A DNA stretch of 64,000 bases from contig OZ251229.1 of NCBI GenBank assembly GCA_965240325.2, positions 1,302,001 through 1,366,000 on the forward strand, given 5' to 3'. The DNA comes from Rebecca billardiae RCC1528 (lineage: Eukaryota > Protista > Haptophyta). This document shows, piece after piece, positions 34,570-45,983 of the stretch. Both the position numbers and the translations under genes were made by a program. Below the pieces are notes generated by a model. It was given only the letters and a program-made list of their open reading frames with translations. It was not told the DNA's origin and made no database searches. How positions within the stretch are numbered: position 1 is the stretch's first letter; each line of letters begins with the position of its first letter.

Positions 34570-37505
34570 CGGCGGCGTCGCCGCCGCCGCGGCCTCCGCG
34601 AGCTGCCGCTCCTCCTCCTCCTTCCGCCGGCGCGCCTCCTCCGCCTCGCGCTCCGCCTCCTGCGCCGCCAGCCGCTCCTCCTCCATCGCACGCTCTCGCT
34701 CGAGCTTGCTCATCCGCGCCAGCTCCTCCTCACGCCGGATGCGCTCGGCCTCCTCCTCCGCGCGGCGGCGCGCCTCCTCCTCCTCGCGCGCCTTGCGCTC
34801 GAGGTGTTCTTGCCAGATCGCCTTCCACGCCTTGCGCTGCACCATCCCGCGCACGCGCGCCTGGATGTAGCTCGACTTGAGCGAGATCTGTCGCTCGCGC
34901 AGCAGCCGCAGCTTGGCGAGCACGCCCGACTTGAGGAACGCCTTCGTGCGGCCGAGCGCGAACTCCTTCGGGCCGACGAGCTTGGCGAGCACCTGCTCGC
35001 ACGCCGCCTTCTCGGAGGCCGACGCGTCGGGCCGCTCGGCCGGCAGCAGGCAGCAGTAGAAGCGCGAGATCACCTCGCCGTGCGGCACGCGGTCGGGGTA
35101 GCCCATGCCGTACACGCGCACGACCTCGAGCACGCCCGAGCACGACAGCTGGCGCATCAGCGTCTCGTGGTCCCACTCGGACGCGCGCTTGCGCATGTTG
35201 GGCTTGATGCAGCGCACAAAGTGCATGTCGCTCGCGTCGAGGATCGCGGTGAGCTCGTCGAGCTGCCGCATGAACTTTGCCACCACGCCCTGGAACATGG
35301 CGCCGCGCTTGCGCGCGAGCTGCCCCTGCGTCGCCTGGTCGACGCTGAACATGTCTCGCACGATCGGGTCTTCCGACGCCTGCATCAGCACGAGCATGTC
35401 CTCGGAGACGGTGTCCTTGTTCTTGCCGAGCATGCCGGTGGCGGAGTACTGCACGCGCCCCGCGTAGTGCACGACCTCGAACGCGTCGCGCGCGCGCAGC
35501 ACCTTCTTGAAGCGGCGGTTGCCCGCGTGCGCGCGCACGAGCTTCTCGTGGAAGGTCACGTCCGAGCCCTGCGGCACCACGCACTCCTCGTTCAGCATCG
35601 GCAGGATGCCGAGGGGCTGCGCCTCGATGAGTTCGAGGACCTCTGCGTTGTCGAAGTCGGCGAGGTCGGCGTCCTCCACCTGCACGCCCTCGATCGCGTT
35701 CTCCTCCTGCGCGCTCATGAACACCGACTCGTTGAAGCGGTTCTGCAGCTTCTCGTTCGTGAAGTTGATGCACAGCTGCTCGAGCGAGTTGTGCTCAAAG
35801 TGCTCAAACCCGAAGATGTCGAGGATGCCGATGAAGAAGCGCGCCTCGGCCGCGGGCCCGGCGCCGTCGGGCCGCGCGCCCGCGAGCGAGAGCGACTGGT
35901 TCACGCGCTTCACGATCCAGTCGAACAGCTTCGAGTACATCGCCTTGGCCATGCCCTCGCGCATGTACCCCGCCTGCGTGACCGTGCTGCTCGTGTCGAT
36001 GAACTCGCGGCCCGCGCGGATCTTGCGCTTCGTCAGCGCGAAGCGCAGGCCGGCCGGGTCGATCTTGGCGAGCGAGGCGACGGAGGTGAGCAGCCCCTCC
36101 TCCTGCACCGACGACTCCGCCTCGGGGTCGCCCCCGAACGTCACGTTGCCCATGTGCAGGATCGCGCCGAGCAGCTGCCACGCAGACGCCCGGTCGTCCG
36201 CGCTGAACCCCACGTCCACCAGCGCCGCCTCCGTCTGCGCAAACAGCTCGGGGTCGTCGTGCAGCGCCTCGCCCTTGCCCAGCAGCCGGTACGCGTCGGC
36301 GCGCTCGACGCCGGCGGCCGACGCCGTCCTGCCCCCCGCGCACAGCTGGTAGAACGAGTGGTAGTTCCGCTCGCCCGGCGTGTGCGAGATCACGCGAGAT
36401 TTCTCGAGGAGATACGTCGAGATGGTCGCGCCGATGATCTTGCCGCTCACGTCGAACTGCGCGGCGTGAGCGGCGGCGAGGGGGCGCGCGGCGGAGAGCG
36501 TGGTGCAGCGGCGCGGGCGTGGGGCGGAGGGGCGCGCGCGCGGGCGGGCAGGGCGTCAGGGCGCGCGCGAGGCGCGCGCGCGTGACGCCGCGAGGACGGC
36601 CGGGTGGGCCGGGCAGGGTGGCGGGTGGCAGTGCCAGCGCGGTGGCAGCCGCCGCACACGGCGCGCGCGCATGGCCGCGCGGACGGCCGCCCGGCCGCGC
36701 CGCCGCGCTCACGCGCGCCCGAGCGGGGCGCCAGGCGAGCGCACACGCCAGCTGCCCCCCCCCCCACCGCGCACCGCGCGCGCGCGCGCCGCCCGCCCGC
36801 CCGGCGCACAGCGCGTCGCACCTGCAGCATCAGGAACTTGCCGTACCGGGACGAGTTGTCGTTCATGTGCGTCTGCGCGTTGCCGAACGCCTCGAGGACG
36901 GGCGTGGACGCGATGATGCGCCCCTCGAGGCCCGAGCCGCCGCTGCTCGTCGCCGCGTGCGCGAGGTACTGCAGGATGATCTTCGACGTCTCCGTCTTGC
37001 CTGCGGAGCGCGCGGCGCGGCCGTGCATCGGAGCGGCAGTGCGGCCGCCGCGGGGGCGCGGGCGCATGCATCCGGCTCAGCGCGACGCGCGGCGAGCGAG
37101 CGCGGACGAGGAGACTGCGGCCCGAAGGGCGCCGTGCGCGGCAGCGCGCCGCGCACCTGCGCCCGACTCGCCCGAGATGATGAGGGACTGGCTGCGCGAC
37201 TCGAGCAGCCCGCGGTACGCGTCCGCGGCGACCGCGTACACGTGCGGCTTCTCGGGCATGCTGGCGTACTGCGTGTACTCCTCGAGGCGCTGCTGGGAGT
37301 AGATCCCGTCGATCTTCTTGTACGGATTCATCGCGACGAGCAGCGCGTTGATGTTGGAGTAAATCTCGTCCTTGTTGAAGCGGATCTTGAGCGCCTCCTC
37401 GATCGACTCCGGGTCGAGATTGCGCAGCTTGGTGAGGTCATCTGGCACGAGCTGCCCATCGGCCCCGCCGAGGACGGACTGCCGGCGGCTGCCCGACCGC
37501 AGCAT
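31480..37505 (-). CDS. Unconventional myosin (about 1606 aa): motor, IQ, ER/K helix, CEP164-like WW, Tubby-like domain, WD40 repeats; 6 exons (37505-37157, 37000-36822, 36456-32581, 32323-32163, 31850-31729, 31613-31480)
   Basis: Motor motifs [19 protein letters not shown] (spliced), [50 protein letters not shown] follows. Tail domains are described in findings. Five GT-AG introns give an in-frame 4821-nt CDS. Confidence 0.93.
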
Positions 37506-37851
37506 GCTTCGCGGAGAACGCCCGCCGCGCGCCCGCCCGCCGGAGAACGCCGCGTGGAGCTAGCAGCGGTCGCTGCTGGTCCCGCCGAGCGGCCGCTTGT
37601 GCCGACTGGCCGCTGGCCAAAAATTCGATTTTAGTACGACGCGCGCCGACGCCATCGTACTATGTAGGGGTCGACGCTCGCTGCCAATCTCGAGCTGAAA
37701 CGGCCGACAAGCCGGCTTGCAGGGCTGTCGTCGGCCTGTCGCGGCTGATTCGCGAACGCGACCGGAGATTCGTCTGTTGCGAAATGGGAAGGAGCTGCTG
37801 CGGAACTCTCGGCAGCAAATCACGACCGACTCGGACTCGCGGCCGCCCGAC

Positions 37852-38679
37852 ATGAGCATTCGTGTGTTGAGCGTCCTGGCGGCGCTGTGCGCCACGGCTG
37901 GGGCCGTCAAGAACGAGACGAGCTCGCCGCCGGTGAGCCCCCCGCACCAACACAAGCACGTGCACTTCTCTCCGCCGCCGTCCGTGAGTGCACCACCCCC
38001 ACCGTCGCCGTCGCCCAAGCCCAAGGCGACGCTCTCGCTCGACGCGATGGGCGTGGCGCGCGCGCGCGACGGGCTGGTGAGCTGGCTCGAGCTCAAGATC
38101 ACGCACATGAACGCGACGTCGCGTGAAGACGCTCGTGACATGGTGATCGAACTGGTCGGCGCGATGCAGAACTCCACGGAGGTGACCATCAAGATGCCCC
38201 CGCCCAAGAAGAATGCTGAGCCCGTCGTGCTCGATCCGATCGCGGTGGCCAAGTCGCAGGGTGCGCTCGTGTCCGTCCTCAACGAGGTCGTCGGGCACAT
38301 GAACGCGACGAGCACGATCTCCGCGACCACGCTCGTGAGCGATCTGATTGACTCGATGGCCGACTTCACCGGGATCCATGCCGCGGACGCCGAGCTGCTG
38401 CCGGGCTACCCGCCGAGCTACCGCGACGCGCTCCCCCTCCTGGCCCTCGACGAACCGGCCGAGCAGCACTCGTCCGCCGGCGGGCTCCTCACGGCTCCGA
38501 TCGTGCTGGCCTTCGTCATGGGCGTGGCCAGCGCGGCTCTCGCGGCTGCGGGCGTCACGTACGCGCGGCACCGTGTCGAGTCCAACCAGTCGGACCGCAT
38601 CCCGCTCGCGGTGCGCCTCGGCGCCTACCAGAGTCAGGCGGCCACCGAGAGCCGCTCCGCGCTGCTCCAGCGCCTCTGA
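37852..38679 (+). CDS. Putative type-I membrane protein (signal peptide, Pro-rich linker, C-terminal TM; 275 aa)
   Basis: MSIRVLSVLAALCATAGA signal-like start, PPPPSPSP linker and TM segment LLTAPIVLAFVMGVASAALAAAGVTY. Confidence 0.75.
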   Translation: MSIRVLSVLAALCATAGAVKNETSSPPVSPPHQHKHVHFSPPPSVSAPPPPSPSPKPKATLSLDAMGVARARDGLVSWLELKITHMNATSREDARDMVIELVGAMQNSTEVTIKMPPPKKNAEPVVLDPIAVAKSQGALVSVLNEVVGHMNATSTISATTLVSDLIDSMADFTGIHAADAELLPGYPPSYRDALPLLALDEPAEQHSSAGGLLTAPIVLAFVMGVASAALAAAGVTYARHRVESNQSDRIPLAVRLGAYQSQAATESRSALLQRL

Positions 38680-39517
38680 GAGTCCAAGGCCGTGGCTGCC
38701 GTGATATGCCCAGTGCGCCAAGGCGCACGTGCGCGCCGATGCGATGGTCCTACGGGGTGACGTGCAGTCATCAAATCAACCAGCCTCCTCTGAGACTTGA
38801 GTCCTGGCTTGCTTGCGCCCGCTCACGGTTCGCTGCGGCGGCGGCCGGACTCCGAGACCGAGTACGTGACTGTTACCGAGTTCTCCCCTGACTGACACGT
38901 GTCGAGTCCGTGACGGGTGACGATATATCGGATATATATATATCAGCAGTGAACGATTTAAGACTGCCTCAAGCGAGGACGATGATCGAGGAGTGCCCTA
39001 CCGGATTCTAGGACGATGCGCGTCACACTCACACCGATCGACCTCACTGCAGAGTCACTGCTCACAGTCTCACAGCAGTGCGACAGCTAGTGCCGGATTA
39101 TGGCGCCGCGGCGCCGGATGACCCGGATGACCGCCACAGCCGTGGCAGTAGTGAGTAGATAGAGTGGCAATGTGCTCCGATTCACGACTGGTAAATAAAT
39201 TGGCGCGGATACCGGCCGTGGCAGTAGTGGCTAATAACTCCGATTCACTGATAATGCATGTAATAAATGACGATTTTAAAAATGAATTGGCGGCGAACTT
39301 GTCGTTAGAATTTTATTGACTTATTGTCATTGTGCCACGGCTCGGGCTGACTCATTGACACGGCGTTCCGGTCGGTCGGACGTTCACGTTATAATATCAC
39401 TGCCACCGTGGACGACGCCCACGGCGTTCACTGGCCAAAACTACTGCTTGGTTGGCTAACTAACCGCTGAGTCGCCATACGTAGTTAGCGCCGAGTTACC
39501 GTTGACCAGGACAGTTA

Positions 39518-41912
39518 GGGGGTCCATGACAGCAGCCCACTGATTTGTGATTTTCGACAACTATGCGATTTAGGTGTCTGACGAGCGAGGCGCTTGCGAA
39601 GGCACCCACAAATATGTCCCGGAACCCAGCCCAGCCGTCAGAAGCACGCAAAACCGACTCCGCGTGCCGTCACGCGGTCGTGCGCGCGCGCCAGCTGCGC
39701 CACTGTGTCACATACAGATTCAGCCAAACGTCAACGACTTGTTATGGCGGCTAAATGACGGTATATCGTCGAACATACTTATTCATAACCGTTGCAACCC
39801 GCCCAAATACAATTACGGTGGAATTGCTGATTTTTAGAAGGCACGATGAGTGCGCGTAGAGGGCGAGGAAAAACTACTCCAAGATCGAGCATGTTACCCA
39901 TTTGATTAGAGACACGTACCCGTATATATGCGCATATCTACCCGTTTATTATATAACGCGGGTGCGTTTTAAATATATATTCAGGGTGCTGTCAATATGG
40001 GGGTACCTTGTTCACTATTCGTGCCGGGTCATCCGAATAGGCCGCGCCGCCGCGCGGAGACCGCGGGCTCATGCCACTCGAACCGTGCCGCAGCAGGCCC
40101 GGACGGACCTGATGCGGGCGGCGGGCTGCGTGCCGAAGCACACTACCAAGCCCACCTCTGAGCATGCCACCATCCCCATAGTCGTGAGAGAGTCCTCCGC
40201 CATCGAGGCTTGCGTGCGCAGACTAGCAGTCGCCGCCGCCGAGCTTGCCGCGGTCCGTTCGGCGACATCCGTGCCCGTGCTCTGTGTCACCGGCGTCGTC
40301 GCCGTTCGTCGTACCCTAGCCCACGCGAGGGCGTCACCGGTCCACCAGTACTGCGGCGGACTGCGCGCGCTTCGCCGCGCGCTCGCCCTCGAGCTCCGGC
40401 GCTCTCCTCTCGCGCTCGAACTCGGCGCAGTCGGCAGCCATGGCAGCCCGCTCGGCCGCAGCTCGATCTGTGCCCCCGCGCGCGCTGCGCTCGGTTGCGT
40501 TGGCGCGCAAGCTGGCGCGCGCAGCGTCGGCGACGGCGCGCGCGATCGCCTTGCGCGACGAGTTCAGCTCCACCTGCTGCTCCGTCAGGCGCACCTGCTG
40601 CTCCAAGATGATCGCGTGCTCAGCAGGAGTCACGCGCTGCTCGTGCAGCTGCACCTGCACGCGGCCTGCTGCGGACGCGCGCGGCGCGCTGGCGTCGGGG
40701 GGCGAGTAGAGGTCGCGGAAGGGGCAGCTGTCGTCGCCGGCGCCCAGCGACGTGTCATCAACATCCAGCTCCGCCTTCCTCTCCGCCGCCGACGCGCCCT
40801 GCTTCCGGCTCAGGATGCGCTCCATGTCCTCGTGCTTGCCCTTCCACCACCTGTGCACGGTCATCAGCCAGATGCCGATCACCTCGAGCCGCGGCGAGTC
40901 GTGGCGCAACGAGATGCCGAGCGCATCCACGCAGACGAGCGTGAGCGCCTTGGGCTTCTTCGTCCGACCGTCGCGCGCGGTCTGGGCGCACGCAGGGGTG
41001 AACACTCTGACCAACTGCTTGTGCTTCTTCAAGTTCTCAAGCATGAGCTCCACGAGACCACGAGCGTGCGGAGGAGGTCGAGGAGCATGAAGTCGAGCAC
41101 CGATGCGTACCGCGGGCGAGTGCCGGCCACGCGCCAGCTGGTCGAAGGCTGTAGCACGTGGATGGCGCGCGCCGCCACCGCCGTCTCCTCGAGCTGCTGC
41201 GCGCTGACGTTGACGTCAGGCCGTAGCTCGGGCCTGCACGGTTGCTCACAGTCGAGGCCGTCCGCGGAGGAGGCGAGCCCCTCGGCGGTGCCGGCAGGGA
41301 CCTCGGGCGGGTCGCACACACCCATGGGCACGCGTGCATCATCATCTGCCGCGCCCTGGACCTCGTCATGCCCGGCACAGCGGTCCGCAAGTTGGTCGGC
41401 GGCAGCTGGCCCTTGCGGCAGAGGCGTCGCGGGCACGTCCGAGGGCGAGATGGCAGCGACGGGTGGGGAAGGAGACAGTGTCCAGTCGTTGTCGATGCCC
41501 ATCCCACCATATTGCGCATGTTCGTCTCCGTATTGCTCTCCTGCACGTGCTCCCAGGACGCGCTCCTTGGTCGCGAGCAGCACACGTCGAGCACGCAGAT
41601 TCAAATGATGAAGCACGAGCGTCGTTTGGCCAGCGACTCCCAGCGAGAGCCCGGTCCACACGAACCGTGGCTACGTGTCCGTGTCCACCGAGTCGCTCGG
41701 CGAGGCGCCTGCGCCGATGTGGGCGCGCCCAATGGCGAGCGGACGGCCGTCGACGAGGGCCATCAGCCTTGCCGACCCCGTTCAGAGCTCCGCTCCCGCG
41801 CCGGGCCGAGCCGAGCGCGGATTTGGAATCTGCCGATCGCGAAAACACGCCGAACAAGTTCTGAAAAGGAAAAGAAAAGAAATCAAAACTCGATTTAATC
41901 AGATGGACCCCC
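39518..41912. mobile_element. Putative non-autonomous DNA transposon (2.4 kb) with 10-bp TIRs and TA flanks
   Basis: TA|GGGGGTCCAT at 39516-39527 and ATGGACCCCC|TA at 41903-41914. Subterminal regions are AT-rich. The interior holds broken ORFs and no recognisable transposase. Confidence 0.5.
40334..41661 (-). pseudogene. Probable frameshifted or decayed gene fragment inside the TIR element
   Basis: Overlapping ORFs 41029..41661 and 40334..41053 lie in different frames and both read protein-like, with a coiled-coil C-terminal part. No family recognised. Confidence 0.35.
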
Positions 41913-42045
41913 TATAATGACCAGTGACCATCACTCATCAGTGTCCTCCACAGTCCACTGTCTCACACTGTCTGTCAGGCCGTCCACACATGCAGACAGT
42001 GTCAGACTCAGACCGGGTAGTTATTCAATGATGATGGCACTGTCA

Positions 42046-42076
<31 letters not shown>

Positions 42077-42129
42077 CCGCCATTATACGACCGGTCTAGT
42101 GACCGCGCAGTACCGGCTCTGGTCACTGT

Positions 42130-43043
42130 CCGGGACGTCCAGCAGGGGTGCATTTAACCATTTGGGGGGGTCTGGGGGGGGCTCCCCCCAGCCCATCGAA
42201 GGACCAAATACGCCTCAATAGGGGCCCAACTCGCCAGATTTGCATGGGCGCAGACTGCCGCAAATGCTGCGCTGAGCCTGAGGGCCGGAGCCGTGCAGCG
42301 GCGTCGATTGACAGCGTCAGCTGTGCGCCGCCTCGCGACGACCATGCGACGCCTCGCACAAAGCCCTGATCTCGGCGTCTCCCTCGCTAGTCAAGACGTA
42401 GCGTAGTGCTGGATCGAGCGACGCATTCAACCGCCGCCGCGGCCGCCGCACCTCGGCGCGCTCGCGAACTCGCTGAGCCGTCAGCCAAGCGCGAGCTCGT
42501 GCGCACGCCCGCGCCTCCGCGAGCTGACGGCACGGCCCGGGGCGCGAGCAGCTCGACGCCGACAGCGCGCAGCTCGCTCGAGTTGACGCGCAGCTTCTCG
42601 CCCGGCGGCGACTCCCAGTGCACGAAGGGCAAGCCAGGGTCACCGTGTACCTGCGCTCGTTGGGAGATGCGCGCGCATTGTCCCAACCACGCGAGCGCGT
42701 CAGCGAGCCCGTCGTCATCGGATGGTCCTCTATCTGCTTGGCCAGCTGACGTCTCCACGCGCCGGGCGCGGCTGCGACACCCGACATCGGACAATCATGG
42801 CCGCAGCTCACCGTTGGAGTCCGGGAACTTGAAAAAAAAAGTTCAGCACGATGGAGTCCTCCGTGTTCGACGTGACGACGCCTTCGAACACGTCGAGGCG
42901 TGAGAAGACGTCGATTACTTCGATGAGGACTACGTTACTTCGTCCGCCGCCCCGGAGATCTTTCGATTGGTACCCTCATCGCTCCCTGGCTCCCAGGGGT
43001 TCGACTAAATGCACCCCCCCCATAGGGTCAGTGGACGTCCCTG
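42130..43043. mobile_element. hAT-like MITE (914 bp) with 5-bp TSD ACTGT
   Basis: TIR C(C/A)GGGACGTCCA at 42130-42141 and 43032-43043. Second inverted block GGGGTGCATTTA at 42145-42156 and 43006-43017. ACTGT lies directly on both flanks (42125-42129, 43044-43048). A subterminal GGGGGTCTGGGGG..CCCCCCAG hairpin is present. Confidence 0.75.
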
Positions 43044-43312
43044 ACTGTGGCTGGAGCCTACCGTGCCGCGACTCGACTGGCACTGAGGATCATGCTGCTG
43101 CACGAGTGGCATCAGCAGTGAGTGCACAGTTATTCGGTAAAATAAACTATTGCGGCAGTTACAAACTAGCATCAGCTTCATCCCGATTTAAAACATAATC
43201 CTCGATCATCATCTGGCTGTACATTTATTGACATGCCGAATTTGAAAATTTAAGAAAGTGTCCGAGCAAGTCGACTGTCGAGCAACACCTGCCTACGGCT
43301 ACGACCATTTCG

Positions 43313-44620
43313 CTAGCCTGTCAGCAACACACTCAGGTCGTCGAAGCCGGTGAAGCTCCGATAGCGCACAGAGTTGGCGTTGCACCAGCGCTCGAGGTCC
43401 GAGCCGGGCACGACGAGGAGGGTGTCGATCAGCTGGGGCTCGGCGCGCAGCAGGCACGCCTCGCTCACCTGCGCGCCCACGTAGATGACATGCGGCGAGC
43501 CTCCGTCGGCACGACGGAGTGTGCGCGTGTCGAGCCACGCGCGCAGCGCGCGGATGCGATCGGTTGGTTCCCAGCTCGTGCACTCCCACCGGTGCGTGGC
43601 AGCGCGGCAGATGCCGTCCGCGGCCATCGTCGGCACGTGCGACAGCCCAGCCTCGCGCAGCAGGTGGCGCACGAACGGCTTGATCCCACTCGTGAGCACG
43701 CACAGCTCCCACTGGCGCACGCACGCGTCCTCACAGAATGTGATGAAATCGTCGCGCAGCCGCCCACCCAGCTTGTCGTGCACGAGCTGCGCCACATCGA
43801 CCACGCTGCACTGGACGTCGGCCGTCACGCGTTCGCGGCTCGAGCGCGCGGCCGCCTCGGCGTGTGCTGGCCAGGATGTGGCGGCGGCGTCGCCCACGGC
43901 CGGCACGACGGCGGTGTCGGGGGCTGAGGTGGCGACGCCACACGCCTCGAGGATCGCCTCCGTCGACGAGCGTGCCGACATCTCGAACAGGACGTGGTCG
44001 AACTCGCAGCACAGCACCGCGGTGCCGCCGACCGGCGCCGCTGCGCCCGGCGCGCGCGCGTCTGGCCCCAGCCCGAGGTCTCTCGAGCTCGTCGGGACGC
44101 CGGTCGCGAGCGCGTGCTCCAGGCGATCGACCCAGCGGTCGACCCCATCGATGAGCTCCTGCATCTTGGGCTCCAGCTCGAGCTGAAGCCGCGCGAGCGA
44201 CGACTCAATGGCCGCCTTGTCCGACACCTCGTCGAGTCCGCTGTACGGCGCGACGACCTCGGTGGCCTCGACGAGCACGCCCTGCGCGTCGGCAGGCTCC
44301 GCGGCCGGAGCGTGCGCACCCGGCGTCGCGGAATGCGCGGCGGCCTGGGCATGCTTCTGCAGCTTGGCGCGCAGCTTTAGCGCGCGGGCATTCTCAGGCT
44401 CGTCCGCGAGGGCGGTGCTCACCAGCCGCTCCGCCTCCGCGTGGTCGCCGAGCCTGAGGCGGCTGAGGGCGAGGTTCACGCGCAGGTCCGTCCGGGCGTG
44501 AGTGTCGTCGGCGGATGCCAACGACGACACCTCCTGCAACGCCAGCGTGTACGCGACACTCGCCTCGTCGTAGCGGCCTGCCGCGAAGTGAGCGTTGCCG
44601 GCGGACCGGTAGTGCGCCAT
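43313..44620 (-). CDS. TPR domain fused to a degenerate HAD phosphatase (MtnX/PHOSPHO-like) domain (435 aa)
   Basis: N-terminal co-chaperone-type TPR (AGNAHFAAGRYDEA...NLALSRLRLGDHAEA...EPENARAL). C-terminal HAD-like elements CCEFDHVL, CVLTSGIKPFV, IYVGAQVSE and LERWCNANSVRYRSFTGFDDL. Confidence 0.72.
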   Translation of the reverse strand: MAHYRSAGNAHFAAGRYDEASVAYTLALQEVSSLASADDTHARTDLRVNLALSRLRLGDHAEAERLVSTALADEPENARALKLRAKLQKHAQAAAHSATPGAHAPAAEPADAQGVLVEATEVVAPYSGLDEVSDKAAIESSLARLQLELEPKMQELIDGVDRWVDRLEHALATGVPTSSRDLGLGPDARAPGAAAPVGGTAVLCCEFDHVLFEMSARSSTEAILEACGVATSAPDTAVVPAVGDAAATSWPAHAEAAARSSRERVTADVQCSVVDVAQLVHDKLGGRLRDDFITFCEDACVRQWELCVLTSGIKPFVRHLLREAGLSHVPTMAADGICRAATHRWECTSWEPTDRIRALRAWLDTRTLRRADGGSPHVIYVGAQVSEACLLRAEPQLIDTLLVVPGSDLERWCNANSVRYRSFTGFDDLSVLLTG

Positions 44621-44732
44621 GCTGAACCCCGCAGGCGGGGTCAACGGCGCGCGAGCGTCCGCGGTCCGGCCGTTCCGGGCATCACTTGGGCGAGGTCGCC
44701 ATCGCAACTCACGCCGCGCCCGTGCATGACCC

Positions 44733-45983
44733 ATGGCGGGCCGCGCCCGCGCTGCGGCGGCAGAACGTGGCCTGCGCCCGGTGATCATCGTCCCAGGTGA
44801 CGCCTCGAACCAGCTCGAGGCGCGCGTGCGCAAGCCGCGCGTCGTGCGTCCGTGGTGCACGCGAGACTCAGGTGGCAAGTGGTTCCGCCTGTGGCTCAAC
44901 CTGGCGAGCCTGCTCGCGCCGCCCGAGCTCCCATGCTGGGCGGACAACATGCGCCTCGAGTTCGATCCCAGCACGCAGCGCTCGCACAACGCGGCCGGCG
45001 TCGAGACTCGCATCGTGGGCTGGGGCGACACCGCCTCGCTCGAATCGCTCGACCCGGCACTCCCCTTCCCCTCGGCGGCGACGTGGCGCCCGCTCGTGCA
45101 GGCCCTCGTGGATGATCTGGGCTACGAGCGGAACGTGAGCGTGCGCGCCGCGCCGTATGACTTCCGGTACTCGCCGCTCTCCGACGGCGCCCGTTACTTC
45201 CGCGCGCTCGAGGCGCTCGTCAACGCGACCTCGGACGCTCACGGCGGCGCGCGCGTGGTGTTGGTCGCGCACTCGCTCGGCTGCAAGCTCGCGCAGCGCT
45301 TCCTCGGCACACGCTCGCGCGAGTGGCGGCGCGCGCGGATCGAGCACTTCGTCGCGATCGCGGGCGCGTTCGGCGGGAGCGCCAAGCTGCTCCGGCTGCA
45401 CGGCAGCGGCGACGCGGAGGGGCTCCCGTTGCCGCCGCTGCAGCTGCGCGCCGAGCAGCGCTCGTCCGAGAGCAACGTGTGGATGCTCCCGCACGCCGAG
45501 GTGTTCGGCGATGCGCCACTCGCGCGCACACCGGCGCGCAACTACACTGCCGCCCAGGCGGCCGACTTCCTGCGCGCGGTCGGGTACGCGGACGGCGCCC
45601 TGCTCCTCGCCGAGCTCGCGCCGCTGCGGAGGGCATTCGCCGAGCCGCCTGGCGTGCGCACGAGCTGCCTCTCGTCGCGCGGCGTCCCGACCCCGGCGGC
45701 GTTCACGTGGCACGCCGGGCCGCGGGCTTTCGACGCGCCGCCCGCAGTCGCGCTCGGTGACGGTGACGGCGCGGTGAACGCGCAGAGCCTCGGCGTCTGT
45801 GAGACATGGGCGGGAGCCCAGCCAGAGCCGGTGCACTCTGCGCGGTTCGAGGGCGTGGCGCACGCAGACATGATCACAGACAAGGCCGTCATCAAGCACG
45901 TGGCGTCCATCCTCGCGCCCACCGGCAGCCGGGCGGCTGCGCGCGGCCGTCGGGAATGGCCGCGGGCGAGCGGTCCATATTGA
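44733..45983 (+). CDS. LCAT / group XV phospholipase A2-like acyltransferase (416 aa)
   Basis: PVIIVPG..SNQLEAR, WFRLWLN, CWADNMRL, GVETR, LGY...AAPYDFR, VVLVAHSLG, GDGDGAVN and catalytic His in AHADMI. Confidence 0.92.
   Translation: MAGRARAAAAERGLRPVIIVPGDASNQLEARVRKPRVVRPWCTRDSGGKWFRLWLNLASLLAPPELPCWADNMRLEFDPSTQRSHNAAGVETRIVGWGDTASLESLDPALPFPSAATWRPLVQALVDDLGYERNVSVRAAPYDFRYSPLSDGARYFRALEALVNATSDAHGGARVVLVAHSLGCKLAQRFLGTRSREWRRARIEHFVAIAGAFGGSAKLLRLHGSGDAEGLPLPPLQLRAEQRSSESNVWMLPHAEVFGDAPLARTPARNYTAAQAADFLRAVGYADGALLLAELAPLRRAFAEPPGVRTSCLSSRGVPTPAAFTWHAGPRAFDAPPAVALGDGDGAVNAQSLGVCETWAGAQPEPVHSARFEGVAHADMITDKAVIKHVASILAPTGSRAAARGRREWPRASGPY

Noticed and set aside
1332-37634. Many long Arg/Ala/Ser-rich overlapping ORFs (e.g. 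1363..4233, 2709..6026, 15052..19233, 32431..36585)
   Set aside because: These are shadow frames caused by extreme GC content and stop-codon scarcity. Each overlaps a better-supported gene.
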